From the IMG/VR virus record IMGVR_UViG_3300005856_000048, positions 1 through 14,966 of that record: DNA of 14,966 nt. One strand, 5' to 3'. Of this stretch, positions 7,152 through 14,027 are shown piece after piece. The translations under genes and the position numbers were made by a program. The notes beneath the pieces are model-generated. The model was given only the letters and a program-made list of their open reading frames with translations. It was not told where the DNA came from and searched no databases. How positions within the stretch are numbered: the first letter of the stretch is position 1; the number at the start of each line of letters is the position of its first letter.

Positions 7152-8933
7152 TCACTGTATGAATCCCTGGGTTAGTGTTGTTGATGGCATGTAGCCCTTG
7201 GGTACAAACTTGGCGTGGTATAGGTTCAGTGGGTTGTTGAACCACACCATTAATGCGTCCTGTGGTGCATCAACGTTAGCGTAGTGTAGGTCAAACCTGT
7301 GGGTTCCGAATGGTATGGTTGCCGTGTATGGTGTTGATTGCATGCTTTGATTTGTCCATGAGCTTAAAATGTTGCTTCCGCCTGATGCCCAATTAGCCCC
7401 ATCACTACCTAACTCACCTGTTAGGCTTAGCCACACGTTGATTGCATCATCAACAAGGACATACATTGTTGATTGTTTACTTGCCTGTACCCAACCGATG
7501 AATTTAGCTAGCCACGTGTAATTGGGGCTTATAGGTGAACCTACACCGCATGAATAGCCTGCTTCCCATGCACTTAACATGTTGGCTTGGCTTGTGCATG
7601 AACTTGATCTACAGTTTGAGTATGAGCCACCGCTTACGGTGCATGGTATTGTGGATGTGAATAGTGATGGTACTGTTTCACAACATTGTTGTAATGTAAC
7701 TGTGAGCGTCCACCCAGTTGAGCTAAACGTAAAGGATTGCGTATTCAAACTTGTTCCAAGCAATGGTTCAACTGTTGGTGAATACGCTACAGGAGGAACG
7801 GTTTGTGATGTGTTAGCCCATATGCTGTATAACAACCCCTGATCCATAATGTTACCGATGTTATCAGTGCTCAATGAACCAGTGATTGTTGAATTAATAC
7901 CGTAATTAACACCGTCAATTGTTGTTGTGTTAGTGGGTATCATGTATATTTGTGTTGATCCACTGTTAAGTTGATTAATCATTGTGTCCGTTGCCTTTAA
8001 CCAAACCACAGCTGTGCCATTGTTGTTTTTTGCATCAACCTCAACCCAGAATGGTACCTTATTCCCACTTGCATCTAGGATGTAAACGTTGCTTAAATCC
8101 TCATTAACGTTAATGTAATTTGACGGTTGAATGGCTATGGGTATTTGCTGGCCACTGGGGTATGTGTAGCCTGGGTTAGTTAATTTAATGACTATGGGTA
8201 GCCACTGTGTCATTGAATTAAGCATTTCATCAATTGCAAGTAGCGCCTCAGTGAGTTTATTCCAATCATGACTAGTCACAATATCGAAAGCTAACTTTCC
8301 GCTCATTTGCATGGGAACGTAGGCAATGGGGTTGAATATGCCTTGTAATTGGGTTGGAACCGTGTAATTGTAGCCGTAAAGGTATGTGAAATAGTAAATG
8401 AACGTGTTGTATGCAAGTAGAATGTGGTTCCAAATTGCATTGTAATGGTCGTGGCTAACTGGGTCACCTACCGTGACGGGTTTAAGCGTGTTCAACATGT
8501 CCATTATCACATTGTACTTTGACGTGAGGTACATTCCCGTGTTTTGATTAACCAGGTTGATTAATTGAATCAGTTGGTAAAGGTATTTGAGTTGGTTAAG
8601 CAGTATGGTGCGCCTATTGTTCCACACGGATGGTGGAATTGTTTGATTGGGGCAATGTGAATAGACTGTTACCCCACCTGAGAGTTGCGAGAAAATGTAG
8701 GGTATTGGGATGCAGACGGGTAGACTAAATGTGATTTTTGAACCAGGGGTTATGACACTCGATAGTGATGGTGGGAGTAGGGATGGTGGTATTGACGTTA
8801 CTACCTGCCTGGTTGGTGTTATTAATGTTTCACTTCCCACTCCTGAATCGCTTAGTGAGAATGCCGTGATTGTGACGCTTACACCACCGCTCGATGCGTC
8901 ACTTGTTACTACTGGATACGCTACGGTGCTCAT
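7152..8933 (-). CDS. Multidomain fibre/adhesin (593 aa): helical repeats, DUF2341, Cys-rich segment, PA14-like domain
   Basis: EDLSNVYILDASGNKVPFWVE...AVVWLK...IYM (DUF2341). AKFIGWV...MYVLVDDAINVWL...GTHRFDLHY...LMVWF (PA14-like, DD at 495-496). Start overlaps the upstream stop (ATGA). Confidence 0.75.
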   Translation of the reverse strand: MSTVAYPVVTSDASSGGVSVTITAFSLSDSGVGSETLITPTRQVVTSIPPSLLPPSLSSVITPGSKITFSLPVCIPIPYIFSQLSGGVTVYSHCPNQTIPPSVWNNRRTILLNQLKYLYQLIQLINLVNQNTGMYLTSKYNVIMDMLNTLKPVTVGDPVSHDHYNAIWNHILLAYNTFIYYFTYLYGYNYTVPTQLQGIFNPIAYVPMQMSGKLAFDIVTSHDWNKLTEALLAIDEMLNSMTQWLPIVIKLTNPGYTYPSGQQIPIAIQPSNYINVNEDLSNVYILDASGNKVPFWVEVDAKNNNGTAVVWLKATDTMINQLNSGSTQIYMIPTNTTTIDGVNYGINSTITGSLSTDNIGNIMDQGLLYSIWANTSQTVPPVAYSPTVEPLLGTSLNTQSFTFSSTGWTLTVTLQQCCETVPSLFTSTIPCTVSGGSYSNCRSSSCTSQANMLSAWEAGYSCGVGSPISPNYTWLAKFIGWVQASKQSTMYVLVDDAINVWLSLTGELGSDGANWASGGSNILSSWTNQSMQSTPYTATIPFGTHRFDLHYANVDAPQDALMVWFNNPLNLYHAKFVPKGYMPSTTLTQGFIQ

Positions 8934-9295
8934 GAACTGAGCACCTGTGTGACAAAGTAATACGGGTAGGATCTTGGTGTGCCACTAATCTGATTGATAG
9001 TTACTTTGATGCCCATGCCTGGTGGGATTTGCAACGTGTGGATTCTTAGGATTGCATTATTAACTGGTCCTGCGAATGTGCGTTGTAGGAACACGTAATA
9101 ATTCGTTCCATCCACTGTAACATAAACCGTGATGGTTGTTATGTCACCGTTTTGCATGTTTTGCAATGATAACCAACCCTCGATGATTGCGTCCGTTTGC
9201 CCACCGCTATATGTGAACACCGTAGTCTCAGTGTTTAAACTACTTAGTGATAATGTTCCGTTGGAATAACTGATTGAGTTTATTACAACTGGCAT
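8930..9295 (-). CDS. Beta-strand-rich hypothetical structural protein (121 aa)
   Basis: GGTGGTGA SD at 9299-9306; alternating hydrophobic beta pattern; coupled to the adhesin gene. Confidence 0.8.
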   Translation of the reverse strand: MPVVINSISYSNGTLSLSSLNTETTVFTYSGGQTDAIIEGWLSLQNMQNGDITTITVYVTVDGTNYYVFLQRTFAGPVNNAILRIHTLQIPPGMGIKVTINQISGTPRSYPYYFVTQVLSS

Positions 9296-9305
9296 GGTTC
9301 ACCAC

Positions 9306-9773
9306 CTATGAGATGCTTAGCGTCATTGTTACTTGCCATGTTTCACCAGGTTGCTTAATACCCATGTTTGCAACTAACCTATCGATCGGTATGTATCCGC
9401 AATTTTGCCCAACGTAGTTTGTAATGGCAACTGCTATTTCGTTCCATTGGAAGTTAGCCATTGTGTCCGTGAATGTTGCCGTGACGGATAGTTGATTATT
9501 GTTTATTGAAACTTGCCCAGGGCTTGAGCATGATTGGATTGAGCCCTGGAGACATGTTTGACTTGCCGATGCGGGTGTTGAACCGTTCCCAACGCATATG
9601 CCCAACGTGACGTTTGTTATGCTACCCACAACAATGTACCAAATTATTTCAACACCGTATGTGAGGAAGATATTACCCTCATAATGCTCAATTGACTTTA
9701 CTACACCGTTCCTATCCTTTTTAACAATGGTTACCTTTGCGGTTCCTTTACCGCTTTCACTATGGCTTACCAT
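9306..9773 (-). CDS. Protein resembling phage tail-collar/baseplate fibre-attachment domain (DUF3751-like), 155 aa
   Basis: Motif series NIFLTYG...ICVGNGSTPASASQTCL...ATFTDTMANFQWNEIAV...DRLVANMGIKQPGETWQVTMTLSI. GGTGA SD at 9780-9784. Confidence 0.6.
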   Translation of the reverse strand: MVSHSESGKGTAKVTIVKKDRNGVVKSIEHYEGNIFLTYGVEIIWYIVVGSITNVTLGICVGNGSTPASASQTCLQGSIQSCSSPGQVSINNNQLSVTATFTDTMANFQWNEIAVAITNYVGQNCGYIPIDRLVANMGIKQPGETWQVTMTLSIS

Positions 9774-9784
9774 TACCCGTCACC

Positions 9785-10426
9785 TCAGTTGCATGTTGAT
9801 GAATTTGTTAATTCCAACAATGCCCTAACGTAGCTGTAGTTCTCTGATCTCAGATAGATCTGGATGGCATCGCAAACGTCTATTTCAATTTGTGTTCCTG
9901 GGAAGATTGGGAAGTGTTGCCCACTTGCCCCACCCACGTAGACCACATAGGTCGTGTCCTGTGTGACATACAGTAGTGCACGCTTGATGGGTGTGCTTGT
10001 ACTTACTAACGATGTTGCCGTGGATAACACGGGTACTACAATGCTCATTAATGCGGTTGGTGAAACATACAGTTTAATTTTCTGAACCGTTTGCTGTACC
10101 TGTTGGACTGTGTTTTGAATGTTAATCAAATAGACTGAAATGTAATTGTAGATTTGATTGATTGCACCCTGCAAAAATTGAGCAATGTAGATGGGATCCA
10201 GGTCATGCAATACCTTATACCCTTCCACGTAAATCTCGTTTCCAAAGAATGCTGATCCAGCTGTGTATAATTCATCAAAGTATGGTGTGAATTGACCGTT
10301 TGTTAGGATGATGTTTGTGTAGTAATTCATTGTGTAGAGTTGATCCACGGCTGACACTAATGCATTCCAATCCGATGAACGCAATACCTGGAATGGCTGT
10401 TTGAATGGTACTCCGAATACGCTCAT
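9785..10426 (-). CDS. Hypothetical fibre-like structural protein (213 aa): SSDWNAL motif, short coiled coil, C-terminal beta domain
   Basis: First gene of a 4-gene unit with the 13-mer 25 nt upstream; INIQNTVQQVQQTVQKIK heptad segment. Confidence 0.75.
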   Translation of the reverse strand: MSVFGVPFKQPFQVLRSSDWNALVSAVDQLYTMNYYTNIILTNGQFTPYFDELYTAGSAFFGNEIYVEGYKVLHDLDPIYIAQFLQGAINQIYNYISVYLINIQNTVQQVQQTVQKIKLYVSPTALMSIVVPVLSTATSLVSTSTPIKRALLYVTQDTTYVVYVGGASGQHFPIFPGTQIEIDVCDAIQIYLRSENYSYVRALLELTNSSTCN

Positions 10427-10450
10427 AGCGTTGTAAAATTGAATAAAACT

Positions 10451-10463
10451 AATTTATTTTTAA
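10451..10463 (-). promoter_or_regulatory. Conserved promoter motif TTAAAAATAAATT
   Basis: Exact copy, 25 nt upstream of ATG 10426. Confidence 0.75.
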
Positions 10464-10478
10464 CCAGAATGAGGGGTG

Positions 10479-10784
10479 TTACTTAGCCCCTAACACATCC
10501 CTCAGTTCCTTAACCTTTTGGACTATTTTGCGTGCTTGCTTAACTACAGGGTGGTTAAGTAGATTGGGGTCATCTAGTGATGCTAATTCCAGGGATAAGT
10601 TGTATGCCTCAGTGACTAATTCCATTAGTTTATCTGTGAATGCCTTGGCTTTGGGGTCTATTGTTTGTTGTTGTAGTGATACATTGGGGATGACTGGGGT
10701 TGTTGTTGGTGTTGGTGGTGTTGTTATGGTGGGTGTCACAATGGACTGTCCTGTCCCTTGAACCCTGGTATCGGACTCAGACAT
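10479..10784 (-). CDS. Hypothetical protein (101 aa): T/P-rich N-terminus and helical hairpin
   Basis: TPTITTPPTPTTTP followed by two amphipathic helices; overlaps the 439-aa gene by 49 nt; TATA box 26 nt upstream. Confidence 0.75.
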   Translation of the reverse strand: MSESDTRVQGTGQSIVTPTITTPPTPTTTPVIPNVSLQQQTIDPKAKAFTDKLMELVTEAYNLSLELASLDDPNLLNHPVVKQARKIVQKVKELRDVLGAK

Positions 10785-12055
10785 ACCGTGCTAAGTAGAT
10801 TAAGCAGGGTATTTAAAGTACTCGGATCTAAACCAAAATTAACCCATTTACTTAGCCATGCCTGGTTGAATGCCTGTAATCCTATGCCTTCCCATGCCCT
10901 GTACCTAACCCTATCGTGATTGTGGTGGAATGCCATGCAGTATTCTACACCTGCATCCTCATATGCGTTAATCAAAAATGGGTTAGCCACCTTGTTCATC
11001 AACATGTTTCTGATTGTTTTTCTAATTGTTTTGATTAATTCCATTGCCCTACCCCACCTTTCCGCACGTGCTGTCAATGGTGCGAATGGTGCGTTTTCAA
11101 TAATGCCTGGGAATGCTTCCTGGAATAATTCCACTAAACTTGGTGGAATAGGTATGTTGGGTATTGCTGGGTCTATGAATGCCGTCTTAATCGCCGTTTG
11201 CAATGGTGAATAATTGTTTTGGACGGCTTCACCAATGCGCCCCACTAACCGTGCGAAATTGAGATTAACCATTGGAACGGGTTCATCAATGAAATACTCA
11301 CCATCCAGGGGGTTCCAATCCAGGACAGTACCCCATAATGCCTGGTCTATCACGGCAAAATGCGGGTATGCGGTTTTTCCGTTTAGTTCACTGATTGTTG
11401 TTAGCCATTGATAAGGCAACACAACATACAGTGGGTTGGTTACGGATTCTGGGGCGAATTGCGAGAAATCAAGTATCATGACGTCCATTGGTGTGGATTT
11501 CTCAATAATCTGCATCACAGTGTTCAACATCTTATTAGCGTAGATGGAAAATCCCTGGTTCACATCCACACCTTGCAAAAATGATGGGGTTGTCATGTTG
11601 CGTGAAACCTTGTTGATTGCTGAACGTAACCATTGCTTAATGTTCACTACCGTGAGCCCTGGATCATAGTAACTATAATCGAATACTGATTGACCGAATA
11701 TAGCCTTTGTGATTTGAGTCTGACTGTAGTTGCTTTGAGCTTCTGGGGCTACAACCGTGATGTTTGGAATGCTAAATGGTGAAATGTTTAGGCTTTGCAG
11801 GTAGTTTGAGAAATCTGGGAATGTGATGTTTATGCCCTGCCACGTGAAATCATCAAACTGGATTGGTACACCTAATGAGATTGCGAATAGGAAGTCTAAC
11901 AATAGTGATGTTTCCATTTCAAAGTTGAATGGGAAGAATTGTATCGTGACACGGCTTGGTAGTACCGTGACGTCTTGCTTATTATTCAGGGTAACCTTAG
12001 CCTGGTGTACACCACCCGTCCCAAAGAGATTATAACTTTGGACTGGGGTGGCCAT
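10736..12055 (-). CDS. Minor virion protein (439 aa) with probable C-terminal MCP-like helical domain
   Basis: Starts 3 nt after the glycosyltransferase stop; AIFGQSVFDYSYYDP motif; C-terminus aligns by eye with the MCP (FGLDPSTLNTL vs YGANPTILQAI). Confidence 0.7.
   Translation of the reverse strand: MATPVQSYNLFGTGGVHQAKVTLNNKQDVTVLPSRVTIQFFPFNFEMETSLLLDFLFAISLGVPIQFDDFTWQGINITFPDFSNYLQSLNISPFSIPNITVVAPEAQSNYSQTQITKAIFGQSVFDYSYYDPGLTVVNIKQWLRSAINKVSRNMTTPSFLQGVDVNQGFSIYANKMLNTVMQIIEKSTPMDVMILDFSQFAPESVTNPLYVVLPYQWLTTISELNGKTAYPHFAVIDQALWGTVLDWNPLDGEYFIDEPVPMVNLNFARLVGRIGEAVQNNYSPLQTAIKTAFIDPAIPNIPIPPSLVELFQEAFPGIIENAPFAPLTARAERWGRAMELIKTIRKTIRNMLMNKVANPFLINAYEDAGVEYCMAFHHNHDRVRYRAWEGIGLQAFNQAWLSKWVNFGLDPSTLNTLLNLLSTVCLSPIPGFKGQDSPL
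10810..10817 (-). promoter_or_regulatory. Canonical archaeal TATA box TTTAAATA inside the 439-aa gene
   Basis: 26 nt upstream of ATG 10784, the same spacing as the other promoters. Confidence 0.45.
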
Positions 12056-12058
12056 TGG

Positions 12059-13108
12059 CTACTCGATGTATTTAACTATTTTAGAGTATAAATTTGTAAT
12101 CGTCATGTCTTTCACGGTATCGTAAGCACGCTTAGCCCTTTCCTCATATTCACCGCTCTTAGCCATATCCACGGCATTAACTATGGCATCGGCTAGGTAC
12201 TGTGGGTCATAGTCATGTAACTCGAATTCTACACCGTTATCAACAATTTCCTTAATGTTATCCCATGGGAAGGTAATGTTGGCTTTAACATCAGCAAACT
12301 CATTGAATGGTTCCATGTTCACGAAAATGGCTAATCTACCTAATGAGTTTGCTTCCAAGACGGGTAGTCCAAATCCTTCCGCAAGCGATGGAACTAGTAC
12401 ATAATCCGCTAGTTTGAATAAGGCAAGGACTTGTTTCCTTGCCATTTGCCCGAATTGCCCCACAACGTAAATTGAATCCTTTGGGGCGTTGGGTAGGACT
12501 TTTTCCATGGTGGGTTTGTCGGCTATGGCAAGTACAATAAACTTTGACCTAACATTCTCGGGTATTTTGTTTAATGCATCAACTAGTTTATGCCAACCCT
12601 TGCGTAGGTGGGATCCTTCCGCTATTGCGAAAATTACCTTGCCTGGGAAGTCACGTTCAATCTTTTTCCTTAGGAATTCGGCATACTCGGTGGCTTCCCT
12701 GTTTTCATCGGGATCATATGCATGGTGGACAATATCCAAAACGTGGTAACCCACCTCACTTAGCTTGTTTGCTGTGTACATCGAGTTTGCGATAAAGTCA
12801 ATGTTGTACCACACGGGGTATCGGGATGGTTCACCATAGGGTGTACCTTCCGTTGTCCCATACCATGCTTGTTTAAGTGATTTTGCGTAGATTTTGTTTG
12901 TTGAATATTGCCCAGCATACCTACCACTCATGGTGGTATTGACAGGGAAAATCCATAGGATGGCGTTTGGACGGTAGAAAAGGAAGTCCTGGTGGATGTA
13001 GTCACTCGATACTTTCACGTCATGCCCCATTGCCCTTGCCACTTTGGCGATGTGTGAGGCTACTATGCTTAGGCTTGGTGCTTTAGCGTGTACAATCATT
13101 AATTTCAT
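12059..13108 (-). CDS. GT4 (GT-B fold) glycosyltransferase (349 aa)
   Basis: FIANS, LRKGW and ADYVLVPSLAEGFGLPVLEA (EX7E signature); adjacent to the MCP gene. Confidence 0.93.
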   Translation of the reverse strand: MKLMIVHAKAPSLSIVASHIAKVARAMGHDVKVSSDYIHQDFLFYRPNAILWIFPVNTTMSGRYAGQYSTNKIYAKSLKQAWYGTTEGTPYGEPSRYPVWYNIDFIANSMYTANKLSEVGYHVLDIVHHAYDPDENREATEYAEFLRKKIERDFPGKVIFAIAEGSHLRKGWHKLVDALNKIPENVRSKFIVLAIADKPTMEKVLPNAPKDSIYVVGQFGQMARKQVLALFKLADYVLVPSLAEGFGLPVLEANSLGRLAIFVNMEPFNEFADVKANITFPWDNIKEIVDNGVEFELHDYDPQYLADAIVNAVDMAKSGEYEERAKRAYDTVKDMTITNLYSKIVKYIE

Positions 13109-13131
13109 GATTGTGGAAGGAAAAAAGGATG

Positions 13132-13144
13132 AATTAATTTTTAA
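13132..13144 (-). promoter_or_regulatory. Promoter motif variant TTAAAAATTAATT
   Basis: 1 mismatch to consensus, 24 nt upstream of ATG 13108. Confidence 0.7.
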
Positions 13145-13168
13145 CTGTTTGATTAGGCTATTGGCTCA

Positions 13169-13555
13169 TTAGTATGATAGACCGCTAACACCCAATGCCT
13201 GGGCAATGGCCTGTAGTATGGTTGGGTTAGCACCGTAAGCGGTCTGGAAGTAAGACGTGAGACCGTTCACCTCATTGGCAAGTGCTGGACCTGTGATACG
13301 TTGTGTCGCATGCCAAACCTTTTCACCAAAGGCTATGTAAACGGCTCTAGTTGGGCCAGCTACACCATACTGATCGAGTATGCCACCTACCAGGAACTGT
13401 ACATTTGCAACGCTTACTATACCCTCCTGTGCCCTGCTTACGGCAACTGGCTGTACTTCAGTGAACCTGGTTTGAACTACTGTAGGGTCGTATTTGGCCT
13501 GCCACTTAGCGAGCCTTGCATTTCCTGGCTTGGGTAAGCCCCTACCCCTGGCCAT
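13169..13555 (-). CDS. Major capsid protein, SIRV2-type alpha-helical fold (128 aa from ATG 13555)
   Basis: MARG...RLAKWQAKY-DPTV...ILDQYGVAGPTRAVYIAFGEKV...GPALANEVNGL...AYGANPTILQAI parallels the recalled SIRV coat protein (RYAKWQAKF...VLTQYGITGPNRAIYQGFGLKV...GPALVNMINGL...AFNANPQVL). ATG 13555 is preferred over the track's TTG 13564. Confidence 0.93.
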   Translation of the reverse strand: MARGRGLPKPGNARLAKWQAKYDPTVVQTRFTEVQPVAVSRAQEGIVSVANVQFLVGGILDQYGVAGPTRAVYIAFGEKVWHATQRITGPALANEVNGLTSYFQTAYGANPTILQAIAQALGVSGLSY

Positions 13556-13580
13556 ATTGGTCAAAAACCTTATCCGCCAT

Positions 13581-13593
13581 GTTTTATTTTACT
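13581..13593 (-). promoter_or_regulatory. Degenerate promoter motif AGTAAAATAAAAC upstream of MCP
   Basis: AAAATAAA core 26 nt upstream of ATG 13555. Confidence 0.5.
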
Positions 13594-13740
13594 GTTATTC
13601 TTTTACACTGTGCTTAATGCTCAATATTACTTACAATTACTTATGATTAATGCTAATCATTCATTATGTATTGGGATTACATGCTTTCATGGGTTGTGTT
13701 GGGGCTTGTAACAGGGGTTATGTGTACATTGTTTGCGTGA

Positions 13741-13753
13741 TTAAAAATAAAAT
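13741..13753 (+). promoter_or_regulatory. Promoter motif variant TTAAAAATAAAAT
   Basis: 1 mismatch, plus strand, 23 nt before in-frame GTG 13776. Confidence 0.65.
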
Positions 13754-13784
13754 ACTGACTGTGTGTGTTTCCCAGGTGGTGTAT

Positions 13785-13994
13785 GTGAGTGATGGGGATG
13801 CAAGGAATAGGCGCATAATGATACTTTCGAATGTGGAAACACGACCATCGAAACTTGTTAGTGGGCTTGTTTCCTACATATCGAAATACCTCATTAGTGT
13901 TGATTATGAGATTCATCAACGTTATGATGGGAATGATGTAGTGATTGAGGTTAGGATTAAGAATCTTGCCGAAATGATCAATAAGTATGGTTAA
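13785..13994 (+). CDS. Small alpha/beta hypothetical protein (~69 aa; start GTG 13785 or 13776, not 13650)
   Basis: Promoter motif at 13741 and GGTGGTG SD-like sequence at 13775-13781 place the start here. Apparent paralog of the next gene. Confidence 0.7.
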   Translation: MSDGDARNRRIMILSNVETRPSKLVSGLVSYISKYLISVDYEIHQRYDGNDVVIEVRIKNLAEMINKYG

Positions 13995-14003
13995 AAATAA
14001 ATA
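13991..14003 (+). promoter_or_regulatory. Promoter motif variant TTAAAAATAAATA
   Basis: Overlaps the upstream stop codon; 25 nt before ATG 14028. Confidence 0.7.
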
Positions 14004-14027
14004 GATGCTTACGTTTTTTAAAACGCT

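Noticed and set aside
6001-9303. Identical 13-mer GGCATGGTTCACC at 6001-6013 and 9291-9303 as a recombination/att repeat
   Set aside because: Explained by a shared GGTGA SD plus ATG-CC start context (GGTGAACCATGCC).
1-9773. Interpretation as a head-tail (Caudoviricetes) tail operon
   Set aside because: No HK97 capsid, portal, terminase or tail-tube gene is recognisable, and the cluster shares orientation and promoter motif with a SIRV2-type MCP.
7579-13537. Short plus-strand ORFs (7579, 8710, 10528, 10920, 11214, 11823, 12489, 12574, 13301)
   Set aside because: All are antisense to well-supported minus-strand genes.
13650-13775. N-terminal extension of the 114-aa ORF in the track
   Set aside because: It spans the intergenic control region and the promoter motif at 13741; the real start is more likely GTG 13776 or 13785.
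4458-14003. The 13-mer as a CRISPR repeat, mini-array or terminator
   Set aside because: Copies are dispersed and short, at a constant distance from downstream starts but a variable distance from upstream stops, and A-rich on the sense strand. This fits promoters.
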